Virus record (IMG/VR): IMGVR_UViG_2693430034_000001
Span: 32,001-96,000 of that record
DNA length: 64,000 bases
Direction: 5' to 3' (one strand)
From: a virus
Taxonomy: Duplodnaviria > Caudoviricetes
The notes under the pieces were generated by a model, which worked only from the letters and a program-made list of their open reading frames with translations, did not search any database and was not told the DNA's origin. Every line of letters begins with the position of its first letter. Position 1 is the first letter of the stretch. Position numbers and translations under genes: made by a program. This document shows, piece after piece, positions 18,143 through 27,228 of the stretch.

Positions 18143-20019
18143 TGGAGTGCCTTTATCGTGTAGGTCGAGATGCTGTTGATGCGCCTGATCGACATGATGA
18201 ACTTGCTGCCGTTCGTGGTCGTAATCGCGTCACCGGTCGTTCCGATGGAAAAGCCTGATACCGTGATGGCACCTGCACCGGCCGCGTTGACGATGAGAAG
18301 GTCGACAGCGCAGTCAGTTGCTGGTGCCGTCAGTGTGAAAGCGCCAGCGTTGCTGCCGAACTGGTAGTTGCCCAGAGCCGGATTGACCGTGAAGCTGGTG
18401 AACGTTCCGAGGTTGGCTGGCGTGAACTTGAAGCCGCCAGTGATCGTCTGGTTTCCGGCAAGAGCAACCGCATCGGTAATGCCGTAGCCGGACAGGTTGG
18501 TCGGCTTCGATCCGATCTGAGCGAACGTGTAGTCATTGGCCTGAGCTGTGACAGCTCCGCTACGACCAAAGACCGTATTGGCAATCGCGTCGGTAATGCC
18601 GTAGCCAGCAATCGTCGTTGGTTTGGCGCCGATTTGAGCGAACGTGTAGTCGCCAGCCTGAGCCGTGACCGCACCGTAGCGACCAAACACCGTCTGAACT
18701 TCGTTATCGGCGCCGTCGATCGCATCCCAGGTCGTGCCATCGAAGATGATCGTATCACCGACTTGCCAGGTGTTATGGCCGTCGATGTTCGTCGTGCCTG
18801 GAACTGAGACCTTGTAGTACCAGCCCTTGGTGCCAACGCCTGAAGCGAGCGGCGGCGTATTGGTGCTGGCGTCCCAGGTGCCGTGATAGACAACAGCCCC
18901 GACAAGAGAAGCAGGGATCTGAGAGGTCGACAGCTTTCCGCCGGCATCGAGGGTAGCAACGCCGTTGCTGGCGCCAAGGCTCGATGCACTCACCGCGTCG
19001 GTGATGCCATAGCCGCCCAGCGTGGTCGGCTTGGAACCGAGCTGAGAGAAGTTGTAGTCACCAGCCTGAGCGGTTACAGCCCCTGAGCGTCCGAAGACAG
19101 TGTTCGTCAGGGTGTCGGTGATGCCATATCCCGAGATGGTGGTTGGCTTGCTGCCAATCTGCGCGAAGGTGTAGTCGCCGGCCTGCGCCGTTACTGCGCC
19201 GGTCCGCCCAAATACCGTTGGAACGCCAGCCGTAGCGCTATATGCGCCCCAGGCAGAGCCACTGTAGATCTTCAGCGTATGGGAAGTCGTATTCCAATAC
19301 ATTCCGCCAGCTGTGATGGCGGCGCCGAGCGGATCAAGGGTCGGGTCAGAGGATTGCGCTCCGTACCAAGCGCCCTTGAAGCTATTCAGGCTACCCAATG
19401 CGCTCGATGCGCTTCCGGCCGCTGCGGTGGCGCTATTGCTAGCGTTGGTCTCGCTGGTTTTTGCGTCGCCGGCTTTGGCCGATGCCGTAGCAGCGCTGGT
19501 AGCTGCGTTGGCCTCGCTTGTATTGGCGCTGATTTTCGAAGCCGCGGCAGATGTCTTGCTTGCGAGACCTTCAGCGGCACTAGAAGCCGCGCTGGCAGCA
19601 CTGGTGTTCGCTACGTCTACCCGCGCTTCCACAGCGGCAAACGCATTTGCGAGATCATCCGTGATGCCTCCGGTGTCTCCCTTTACACCCTTTTCACCCC
19701 TGTCCCCCTTCAGGCCACGCGGTCCAGGAGGGCCTTCTTGACCTTCTGGTCCAACGATACTCGGGAACATTGCCCGGAGCTTGGTAAGCGTTACGGACAG
19801 GAACCGGTTGCCAACCTTGATGTCGACAAGAACTTCATCTTCGCTCGGTCCCGGCAGCTCGCCGACTGGCGCCTGATCGGAAGCAATCGCAATCTTGCTG
19901 TCCCGGACTAGATATTTTGCACCAGCGGTCGTCAGATTGACGATGGCGTTGATGTCGTAAAAGTCTTCGCCGACGAAGATGCCCTTCGGGGCGATAACGC
20001 GGTACCGCTGCGTGCTCAT
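18139..20019 (-). CDS. Fibre protein with collagen-like segment and repeats
   Basis: GXY run, Ala/Ser coiled coil, and four copies of VFGRxGAVTAQAxDYxFxQxGxKPTxxxGYGITD. Confidence 0.8.
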   Translation of the reverse strand: MSTQRYRVIAPKGIFVGEDFYDINAIVNLTTAGAKYLVRDSKIAIASDQAPVGELPGPSEDEVLVDIKVGNRFLSVTLTKLRAMFPSIVGPEGQEGPPGPRGLKGDRGEKGVKGDTGGITDDLANAFAAVEARVDVANTSAASAASSAAEGLASKTSAAASKISANTSEANAATSAATASAKAGDAKTSETNASNSATAAAGSASSALGSLNSFKGAWYGAQSSDPTLDPLGAAITAGGMYWNTTSHTLKIYSGSAWGAYSATAGVPTVFGRTGAVTAQAGDYTFAQIGSKPTTISGYGITDTLTNTVFGRSGAVTAQAGDYNFSQLGSKPTTLGGYGITDAVSASSLGASNGVATLDAGGKLSTSQIPASLVGAVVYHGTWDASTNTPPLASGVGTKGWYYKVSVPGTTNIDGHNTWQVGDTIIFDGTTWDAIDGADNEVQTVFGRYGAVTAQAGDYTFAQIGAKPTTIAGYGITDAIANTVFGRSGAVTAQANDYTFAQIGSKPTNLSGYGITDAVALAGNQTITGGFKFTPANLGTFTSFTVNPALGNYQFGSNAGAFTLTAPATDCAVDLLIVNAAGAGAITVSGFSIGTTGDAITTTNGSKFIMSIRRINSISTYTIKALQ

Positions 20020-20039
20020 CGTTCTTCTTTTTTTGTTGT

Positions 20040-20113
20040 TGGCACCGGAGGAGAGACTTGAACTCTCTCACAACAGTTTTGGAGACCGGGCGCCTTCGCC
20101 GGAGGACTCCGAT
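20040..20113 (-). tRNA. trnW: tRNA-Trp(CCA), atypical short D-arm
   Basis: Acceptor ATCGGAG/CTCCGGT, G73 and encoded CCA; anticodon loop CTCCAAA; T-arm GAGAG-TTCAAGT-CTCTC. Confidence 0.8.
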
Positions 20114-20129
20114 GCATGTTTTTTGAATG

Positions 20130-20606
20130 ACGTTCCCCAGCCCGATTTCTTCAAGCGACGGCGTAAGCCAGTCGTCGGGACGCGATGGGGGTATGCGTGC
20201 GCCTTTCGGCTTCTCGTCTACTGTTCTGAAGTATGCGGTATACTGGAACTCAGTATTCGCAATTCGCGAACAGCGAATTAGTCTCGCGGGGTGGTTTCAG
20301 CACCGCGATCCTTTCGACCTCGACGCGCCATCAGGCGTTACTCGTCTCAAACGGTCGTCAACGCCATACCATGGACCTCTGCGTCGATTGGCTGTGAACG
20401 ATATTGTTACCCCTCGTCCAGGGCCGCGAGATTAGGTGGGAGTGCCCCAATCCAGAAGTCGGGCACTCAGTTGCCTCAACCGCATCGCGTTGATGATGAT
20501 CAATCATTCCCCCTCGGGGGCCGCTTTGAGGAATTACGAGGGCTACGGGCCTACTGGCTTATCCCGTTAAAGCCGTCACCGTTACCGGTCCGGTGAACCA
20601 CCTAAT
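20130..20606 (-). ncRNA. Candidate large, multi-domain non-coding RNA (~480 nt)
   Basis: No plausible ORF in the operon direction; nested domain-closing helices, GNRA and T-loop-like loops, and three 7-9 bp long-range complementarities. Confidence 0.65.
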
Positions 20607-20739
20607 TGCTACCTGATACGATCAGGTACAGGCCGAGGAGGATGAGCGGCGAAGACAGCACAGTGATGCGCTGAAGCAAGCTCGGCTCCCAGGCCTCCCA
20701 AGCCTTAATGTATTCGTATTCGCTGAACGGCTTGGCCAT
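20602..20739 (-). CDS. Small membrane protein (45 aa)
   Basis: MAKPFSEYEYIKAWEAWEPSLLQRITVLSSPLILLGLYLIVSGSN; below the ORF-track cutoff. Confidence 0.5.
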   Translation of the reverse strand: MAKPFSEYEYIKAWEAWEPSLLQRITVLSSPLILLGLYLIVSGSN

Positions 20740-21043
20740 CCTCAGAGGACGAGCAGCACGGTTTTCAGCACCACCACCGCGAGGATCGCGTTGACGGTTG
20801 CGTTCTGATGGGTGGAAACCCAGGCGACGGCGTAGTTATAGACGGATTTGACCTGATCGATTTTGGACTCCGCGGTTCGAGAAAATGGTGCCCGAGTTTT
20901 GCAGCGAACTGATTTGTGCTCGGGCGCCAGCAACCGGGGAAAGGAGGAAAACCCCTCGCTGGCAGGCCGGGCCGCGGACAGACGGTCGGCGCTTTTTACG
21001 CCGCTCCCTGTCTCAACAGGCTCCGGGGATGACTGAGGTCTCG

Positions 21044-21142
21044 TTAACCCTTGGCCTTCCGACGACGGCGGCGCTTGCGCTCCAGCCGAAGCTCGGTCAG
21101 CTTCATGTTCTTCGAGACCTTCTTGATATGTTTCTTCTTCAT
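21044..21142 (-). CDS. Very basic 32-aa peptide
   Basis: MKKKHIKKVSKNMKLTELRLERKRRRRRKAKG with a GAGAGAG SD, just after the upstream stop. Confidence 0.55.
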   Translation of the reverse strand: MKKKHIKKVSKNMKLTELRLERKRRRRRKAKG

Positions 21143-21149
21143 GTCTCTC

Positions 21150-21413
21150 TCAGTCGACGTGTTCTTGCGGGATCTTCCAGTGCGGAGGCACCGTGGTCAC
21201 CGTGAGGCACAGGTGAGGCAGAAGCTTTCCCATGACCCAGTCGGCGTGCTCCTTGAAGACACCTTCGCTTGGGCGGATCAGCTTTGCGTGCTGGTAGAGG
21301 TTCGAGAGCTGCTGGCCGTAGACCACCGGCACCCACTCAGTGGGGTCCAGGCGCTGCCAGCGGATCATCGCCTCGGCCTGCGTCTTCGAGGACGCGACCA
21401 TTGCGCTAACCAT
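21150..21413 (-). CDS. Hypothetical protein
   Basis: Tightly packed ORF in the operon. Confidence 0.5.
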   Translation of the reverse strand: MVSAMVASSKTQAEAMIRWQRLDPTEWVPVVYGQQLSNLYQHAKLIRPSEGVFKEHADWVMGKLLPHLCLTVTTVPPHWKIPQEHVD

Positions 21414-21416
21414 GGT

Positions 21417-21770
21417 TCATTCTTTCTGAGCCACAGCCCGGTCGATCCAGGCGTAGACTTCAGGGTTGTCGCGGCGGGCTGCGATCTGAACCGGTGTCAG
21501 TCTGTTGACGACGGTCTCTTCGCTTGCGCGGCCTTTCAGCTTCGCGGCAGCCCAGCAGGCGTGGTTGATTTCATGTTCGAGGATCTCGGCGAAGTGCGAG
21601 TCCGGCATGTCGGTCCGGATCCGGATCTCGAAAGTGAAGATGTTGCATTCGCCCCGGCAGCCGGCAGCTTCCGCTTCCACTGGATCCCAGTGGATGAGCG
21701 TGTACTCGCAGATACCGATCTTGATGATACCTGGCAGCGTGCGTCGGTCAGGCAGCCTTCGCCGCCTCAC
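21417..21770 (-). CDS. Hypothetical protein with HExxH motif
   Basis: EILEHEINHA zincin-like motif. Confidence 0.55.
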   Translation of the reverse strand: MRRRRLPDRRTLPGIIKIGICEYTLIHWDPVEAEAAGCRGECNIFTFEIRIRTDMPDSHFAEILEHEINHACWAAAKLKGRASEETVVNRLTPVQIAARRDNPEVYAWIDRAVAQKE

Positions 21771-22249
21771 GATATGTCTCCGGGACCGCAGGAGCGGATG
21801 CCGATGGCACCAAGCTGGCGTGGAGAGACGTAGACGATTTCCCGATGGGCGATCGAGCTGTCGTCACCGTTCCAGCCGATGCGTTTGATCAGCTTTCGAA
21901 CCTTGCCTGGATAGATATTCCACATCAGCGCCGAGAACTCCTCGGCGTGGGAATAGGTGAAGCTACCGTCAGGCATCTTCTGCTTGACTGATGCCGTGTG
22001 AAATCCGAGCCTGGCGTTCGGCGTGATGCAATAGTTCTGCCTCGGTACGATGCCGAGGAACAACGTGCAGGAAGAGACGCATTCTCCGTCGACCACGACA
22101 GTCTCGCCGCGGTCCCGGATGTCTGAATACTTCTTCACGAAGTCGACGATGATCCCGCCGGGATCGTCCTCGATGATCAGTGCGTGGGATGGCGCCACGG
22201 CAGCAATCATCATCAGGCCCGCAAGGGCCAATGATTTCAGAGCCTTCAT
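21767..22249 (-). CDS. Secreted protein, ClpP/crotonase-like fold
   Basis: Signal peptide; IEDDPGG...DGECVSSCT...ARLGFH pattern. Confidence 0.6.
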   Translation of the reverse strand: MKALKSLALAGLMMIAAVAPSHALIIEDDPGGIIVDFVKKYSDIRDRGETVVVDGECVSSCTLFLGIVPRQNYCITPNARLGFHTASVKQKMPDGSFTYSHAEEFSALMWNIYPGKVRKLIKRIGWNGDDSSIAHREIVYVSPRQLGAIGIRSCGPGDIS

Positions 22250-22788
22250 TTTCGTGCTCGGTATTTTTGGGAGCCGCTGGCTCTCAGCTGAACAGGTGCG
22301 CCATCAGACAGGTGAGAATGACAAACAGCAGCGGCGCCAGGATGATTAGTCGATCAAACGTCTTCAGTCCTCGCATAGCGCACCTCGAACGGGTTCAATT
22401 CAAAAGCCCGGTCGATGGACGCCTGCCATATCGCGTAGCTGAACATCAGGAAGCAAAACGGAAACGGCATCAGCCTTCATCCGGTTCGAGAAGGAGGTCG
22501 AGGCGCGAGGAGATTTCCTCTGTCGCGCTTTCGAGAGCATCGGCCAGGATATTGGCGGCGAACATCAGGCCGATCGCAACGATGATGCCTGCAACGATGA
22601 CAGACATCACATGATCCCCAGCCAGATCAGCCATCCGTGGATGACGCCGATCGGGAAGATGATGGCTCCGATCAGGAGCAGCGCGATGGCGCCGGCCTTG
22701 AGGCAGCTGACGACGTGGGTGACCCAGGCGCACAGGGCGAGGAGCCAGCACAGAATGGGAAGCAGAGCGAGTGAACGCATGAATTTCC

Positions 22789-23058
22789 TCAGATGACTTT
22801 GAAGTGGCCGCCAGTTTCAACCCGGTGGCGCCAGTGTTCGGTGATTTGTCTTTCGAAGCGCGCAGTCTCTTCGAAGTCCATCCGCCAGTGCGGGCGGATG
22901 ACCACGATGCGATCGAAGAGGCGACCGTGCAGCGAGTCTTCGTGGCGGTAGATGGCCCACATTTCCCGGGAGAGCCCAAAGGCGTCCAGGTAGATTTCAG
23001 CGATATCCTTCGTGGCCGCGATCACCGCGCACCACGGCTTTGCCATCTGCAATCTCAT
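22789..23058 (-). CDS. Hypothetical protein
   Basis: Coupled ORF. Confidence 0.5.
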   Translation of the reverse strand: MRLQMAKPWCAVIAATKDIAEIYLDAFGLSREMWAIYRHEDSLHGRLFDRIVVIRPHWRMDFEETARFERQITEHWRHRVETGGHFKVI

Positions 23059-23303
23059 TGCTCGCCCTCGTAGGGATCGCGGAAGATCCCCTTCTCCATC
23101 GCGACGATGCGAATGGCGTTCTGGAGGCCAGCGGTCCGTTTGGTTTTGATGGCCTCGACCGGCGTGATGCCGCCGAGGTATTCGTTGCCGCGCATCATGA
23201 AGAACTGCGCCTCTGCCGGCCCGACCAGCTTGTCGAGCACCTGGATGGACCGGTGCAGCACCGATGCGAGCCGACTGGTTGAGATTGGATCAGGCTTCGT
23301 CAT
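23055..23303 (-). CDS. Xre/MbcA/ParS C-terminal (antitoxin toxin-binding) domain-like protein
   Basis: AQFFMMRGNEYLGGITPVEAIKT...MEKGIF resembles the A-x2-W-x3-N-x2-LGG-x2-P pattern; ATG at 23303. Confidence 0.5.
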   Translation of the reverse strand: MTKPDPISTSRLASVLHRSIQVLDKLVGPAEAQFFMMRGNEYLGGITPVEAIKTKRTAGLQNAIRIVAMEKGIFRDPYEGEQ

Positions 23304-23721
23304 TACGGAGCACCGTGATGTTACCGCCCGATCCCGGGTCGAACCGCATAGCGACTTCGACAGCCGCCTCAGCCGAGGCGCCCTGCGCCATTGCGCCGAG
23401 AGCGAACTCCTTGCCGCTGCCCATCGCGAAGAATGGCGGCTTGAAGACGATCGTGCCGCCCTGCTCGAACATCTCGATCGGCTTGCGACGGCGCCGGATG
23501 ATGACGCCCTTGCTGTTCTCTTCGAGCATCGGAAATTCGCCGTCCTCTCCGTCGAGGAACCAGCGATGAAAGGCCTGCGCCCATCCGGCATCGCCGGCAG
23601 CGCCAGCGAGTGCTCCATCGTCGCGGCGCACGATCTTGACCATGCTGCCAATGATGGCGGTGCCCTGGATCATGCGGGTGTCGGCGGCCATGATGCCGTG
23701 TCGATAGGCGACCGTGGTCAT
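23290..23721 (-). CDS. Ntn-hydrolase, HslV/proteasome-beta-like peptidase
   Basis: MTTVAY...AADT, AMGSGKEFALGAM, DPGSGG; N-terminal Thr nucleophile. Confidence 0.8.
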   Translation of the reverse strand: MTTVAYRHGIMAADTRMIQGTAIIGSMVKIVRRDDGALAGAAGDAGWAQAFHRWFLDGEDGEFPMLEENSKGVIIRRRRKPIEMFEQGGTIVFKPPFFAMGSGKEFALGAMAQGASAEAAVEVAMRFDPGSGGNITVLRNDEA

Positions 23722-23989
23722 GCCGGCTCCTCGACGAGGAGGAGCATGAAGGCGATGCAGATCGCGATTGCGATGATGATCTGGGTGACCTCAGGCGGCA
23801 TCGCGCTGGCTCTCCGTGAGCAGGTAGCTGACCTCGGTTTCGAGACTATCGAGATAGAAGTCGACGAGGCGTCGGGTCAGCGACCGGTCCTTGAGGCGCG
23901 TCTGCGCCCGGATGATGTTTCCCCGTCTCCAGCTTGCGCTGTAGATGCGGGATGCGGCGTTTGCCGCGGCGTAGATTTTCTCCACCGGG

Positions 23990-24280
23990 TCACGCGCCGA
24001 CCGAGACTGCGCCGAGGATGGCCTCGACGACCTTTTCCATGGCGAACCGAAGCACCAGGTCGTCAGCCTGTTTGGCCTGGACGTCGTGGTAGCAAACGGT
24101 CTCGGCATCGTCCGAGATGGCCGCGCCGGCCGGCGACAGGTCGATCTCACTGAGCTGCGGAAACCGCATCAGGCGAATGACGCCCGGGTACATCGGGATA
24201 CGCCGCCAGCAAGCTACCTCGTCCTCAAGCGCATTCATCGCGAGGTCGGTCAGTTCGGCAGGTATGTGTGCTTGCGGCAT
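23990..24280 (-). CDS. Hypothetical protein
   Basis: ORF in the operon direction. Confidence 0.5.
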   Translation of the reverse strand: MPQAHIPAELTDLAMNALEDEVACWRRIPMYPGVIRLMRFPQLSEIDLSPAGAAISDDAETVCYHDVQAKQADDLVLRFAMEKVVEAILGAVSVGA

Positions 24281-24654
24281 CGTGATGTTCCGTCAGTTAG
24301 CGCTTCGGCTTCCGCGTGGACTTGCGAGCTGGCTTTGCTTCCTTGACCGGCTCGTCTTTCGGAGCGGCCTGTTGAAAACCCGGCGAGTGCGCGTACAGCA
24401 TGAGCTGCTCCTGATTGGTGACCCGGGCTGCCGTTGGCAGGCACCGGGCTCTGTGAAACTTGTGAGAGGAGAGCCGGCTGACTTCTCGATGGAGAGCCAG
24501 CCGACTTCGATCCTTAGCGGAAGGCCAGGAAGGCCGTCACGGCGATCAGGGCGAGAGCGATGCCGATCACGTAGTACTTGGTGTTGCTGAGGTTGTCGGA
24601 GCCGCCTTCAGCGGGCTCGCGGGTGACGATTTCGATGGGAGTGCGATCAACCAT

Positions 24655-24939
24655 TTATTTTTCCTTGGGTTGGTTGCGGGCGGGGTGAACGGTGGACCCG
24701 CTCTGCATCGAAGCAGATAGCGGGTCTTTGAAATTCGGTATGCCGAAGAGGTCGCGCTCGATCATCTTGGTCATCCTGTCGGACAGCCAGCGAGCAACCT
24801 TCTCGGTCTCCTCCTCGCTCAAGCGCGTGGCAGGCTCGGCGAGCTGAACGGTTTGCGTGTAGGTCGTGATCGGGACAGTCTGGACCTCGATGTGAACCTG
24901 CGTGAACCCTTGCGGAATTACGAACGTCGGCCCGGTCAT
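24655..24939 (-). CDS. Hypothetical protein
   Basis: ORF with GAGG SD. Confidence 0.5.
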   Translation of the reverse strand: MTGPTFVIPQGFTQVHIEVQTVPITTYTQTVQLAEPATRLSEEETEKVARWLSDRMTKMIERDLFGIPNFKDPLSASMQSGSTVHPARNQPKEK

Positions 24940-25784
24940 TTGACCTCGATGCAGAACATGCCGTTGATCTGGGCGCGGACCTGGTTGGTCTGCACGGTGG
25001 CCCAGACGTTCATGGCGATGGCGACCACGAGCACGGCGGCAAGCGCCAGGTTGGCTTTGGTCTCACCACTCATCGAACGGCGCCGAGGATCAGCCCGATG
25101 ACGAGGCCGAGGACGATGCCGAGAACGGCGTCACGCAGATACAGCTTCATTTGAACCACCAGCAGATGACGGCCACGAGGATCAGGGCAAGAATGTCGAA
25201 GGCGAGTATGGGCATCATCGGATCGCCCAGGCCACGAACGCCGGGAGCCAGATGCCGAGCAGCACGATGAAGACCAACACGATGTTCGCACCCGTCCCTG
25301 GTCCGTCCGCGTCCGCGGCGTGTCGGTTTGACTCTGGCGCGGAGCGCCCCGCGCGCTCAGCGCGGATCAGCTCTTCGGCACGGTCCAAAATTGCCTCACG
25401 GCGGTCAGCCGGAAGCGCGTTGAAGCGGTCGATCGCGTTCATGGGCGGTACCGACCGATCAGGCTGAGCACGATCATCGCGACCAGGACGCACAGGATGG
25501 CGCCGCCGCTCAGCACAAGAAGCTGGATGATCGATCTGGAAATGATCACCAGGAACTCGATGTCCGCCGTCGCCAGGTATTGTGCAGGAGCAGCTGACAT
25601 CGAGTTCCCTACCGTTTGCATTCATGCAATCCCTTAGACACGCCGAACTCCTGTCGCCTTGCCAGCCGGCCTTGAGCCGGGTCAGCATGGGGTTTGTGGG
25701 TCCGGGAACCGCCCAATTGCCCGGTTGATGGCCGGGCCGTGTCTTAGGGGCTCTTGGTTACGTTTGCACGAATGCTAACGCTAC

Positions 25785-25842
25785 ACGAACTCCTACAGCG
25801 GTACCCGGCTTTTGTCAACCCGAGCTTTTGCCCGGATGCAAA
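25785..25842 (-). promoter_or_regulatory. Sigma70-type promoter at the head of the minus-strand operon, flanked by TTTGC-N6-GCAA operators
   Basis: Minus-strand TTGACA at about 25813-25818; operator copies at 25763-25778 and 25827-25842. Confidence 0.55.
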
Positions 25843-26078
25843 TGTCGGAACACAGGGTGACCCGCCGTTGAAATTCGACCCCCCAGATGGCAGATAGAGC
25901 CCATGACAGACAGCGACATCGAAAAACGAAAAACCGCCCTGCGGGAGGCGCTGCGGCGCAAGCCAGGCACCGGCCTGCGGGTGACGATCGATACCCTCCT
26001 TGCCGCCGCCGAGCTGGTCAAAGCCGAAGAGGCCGAGCCGCTCGAGATCGGCCGCGAGATCTGGATCAGGCTGCCGGT

Positions 26079-26516
26079 TTGACGGCCCTCAGCCGCCGCC
26101 CCTCCAACGACCCGCACCGCAAAGGCTGGCGGGTGTTCTACGGCGACGTCCAGATCGGCCACATCGGGGAGCGAGCCGGCGTCCCGATCGACGTCGACCA
26201 GTGGGGCTGGAGCCTGAGCTTCTATCCCGGCACCGAGCCCGACGACGGCGCAGGCGGCACGGGTGCGACCTTCGAAGAATGCCGGGCCGCGTTCGAGCGA
26301 GCCTGGGAGGAACTCCGACCGAAGCTCACCGAGGAAAACTTTGAGGTCTGGCGCCGCGAGCGCGACCGCACCGCTTGGAAATACCGGATGCACGACCTGG
26401 GCCTGCCGATGCCGACCCAGACCACCACCGGCTGGTCGAAGTGCTTCTGCGGCGCTGACATCCCGATTTCATGTGAAGAGCATATCCATACCGTCCACCG
26501 AGGAATTGGCGAATGA
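26079..26516 (+). CDS. Hypothetical protein of rhizobial prophage type
   Basis: WRVFYGDVQIGHIGERAGVP...WGWSLSFYPG...GATFEECRAAFE; the TTG start overlaps the stop of a 59-aa ORF (25903-26082). Confidence 0.65.
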   Translation: MTALSRRPSNDPHRKGWRVFYGDVQIGHIGERAGVPIDVDQWGWSLSFYPGTEPDDGAGGTGATFEECRAAFERAWEELRPKLTEENFEVWRRERDRTAWKYRMHDLGLPMPTQTTTGWSKCFCGADIPISCEEHIHTVHRGIGE

Positions 26517-26773
26517 GACTGACCAACGAGCGGCCCTACGCGAAGCCGGAGGCTGCGGCGAAGCGGCTATGGGAGATCATCCAGAAGATCGAGCCGGTGC
26601 ATGGCCGCACGCACGTCGAGAAATTCAACGGCCCGTTCCTATTCGTCGACATGGCCACACCTGCCGAGTATTCGGCCGGCATGAATATCCTGGTGGAACG
26701 CGGGTTCTGCCAGTGGCACGAGAGCGGAACTTTCATCACACTGCTCAAGGAAACCGACTCGCATTTCGACTGA
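26513..26773 (+). CDS. Hypothetical protein
   Basis: RPYAKPEAAAKRL...WHESGTF; coupled ORF. Confidence 0.65.
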   Translation: MRLTNERPYAKPEAAAKRLWEIIQKIEPVHGRTHVEKFNGPFLFVDMATPAEYSAGMNILVERGFCQWHESGTFITLLKETDSHFD

Positions 26774-26799
26774 GGCGACCCTACGTTTGACTCCGGTCA

Positions 26800-27159
26800 G
26801 TGGAGTTTATGCGTATGGCCTCGCCCTCGATTATTCCCAACGACCGGCTCGACCGGGATTTCTACATCGTCCTCGAAGAGTTCCGGGACGGCGCCGCGTT
26901 TCGGGAGACCGACGAAGGCGTCGGTTATGACGACATCATCGATCAGCTGCTGGCCGGCGAGTTCGGCCAGGTTCTACGGGTGGTGGCGTTCAACCCATCC
27001 GAGGGATGGTCGAGGGACGCCAGCGAGGATATCGCCCGCGAGCTGGAGCGCCGGATCAGCAACGAGGGTCGCGAAGTCTCCGACGCCCTGACGGACTTCA
27101 TCGAAGGTCAGCTCGGCCGCAAGATCGGCGTGCAGCTGCCGCTACCGCTTCAGATCTGA
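26800..27159 (+). CDS. Hypothetical protein
   Basis: RVVAFNPSEGWSRDASEDIA motif. Confidence 0.65.
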   Translation: MEFMRMASPSIIPNDRLDRDFYIVLEEFRDGAAFRETDEGVGYDDIIDQLLAGEFGQVLRVVAFNPSEGWSRDASEDIARELERRISNEGREVSDALTDFIEGQLGRKIGVQLPLPLQI

Positions 27160-27228
27160 CCTGTAAGAAAATCGCCGCAAATTTCTGACACGACTCGCAT
27201 TTTGCCTTCGGGCTCATAGATCACTTCA

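Noticed and set aside
20130-20606. Group I/II intron, tmRNA or RNase P RNA interpretation
   Set aside because: GAGACUA is present but no matching S element was found; no group II domain V, no tRNA-like ends or tag ORF, no RNase P P4 consensus, and no interrupted gene
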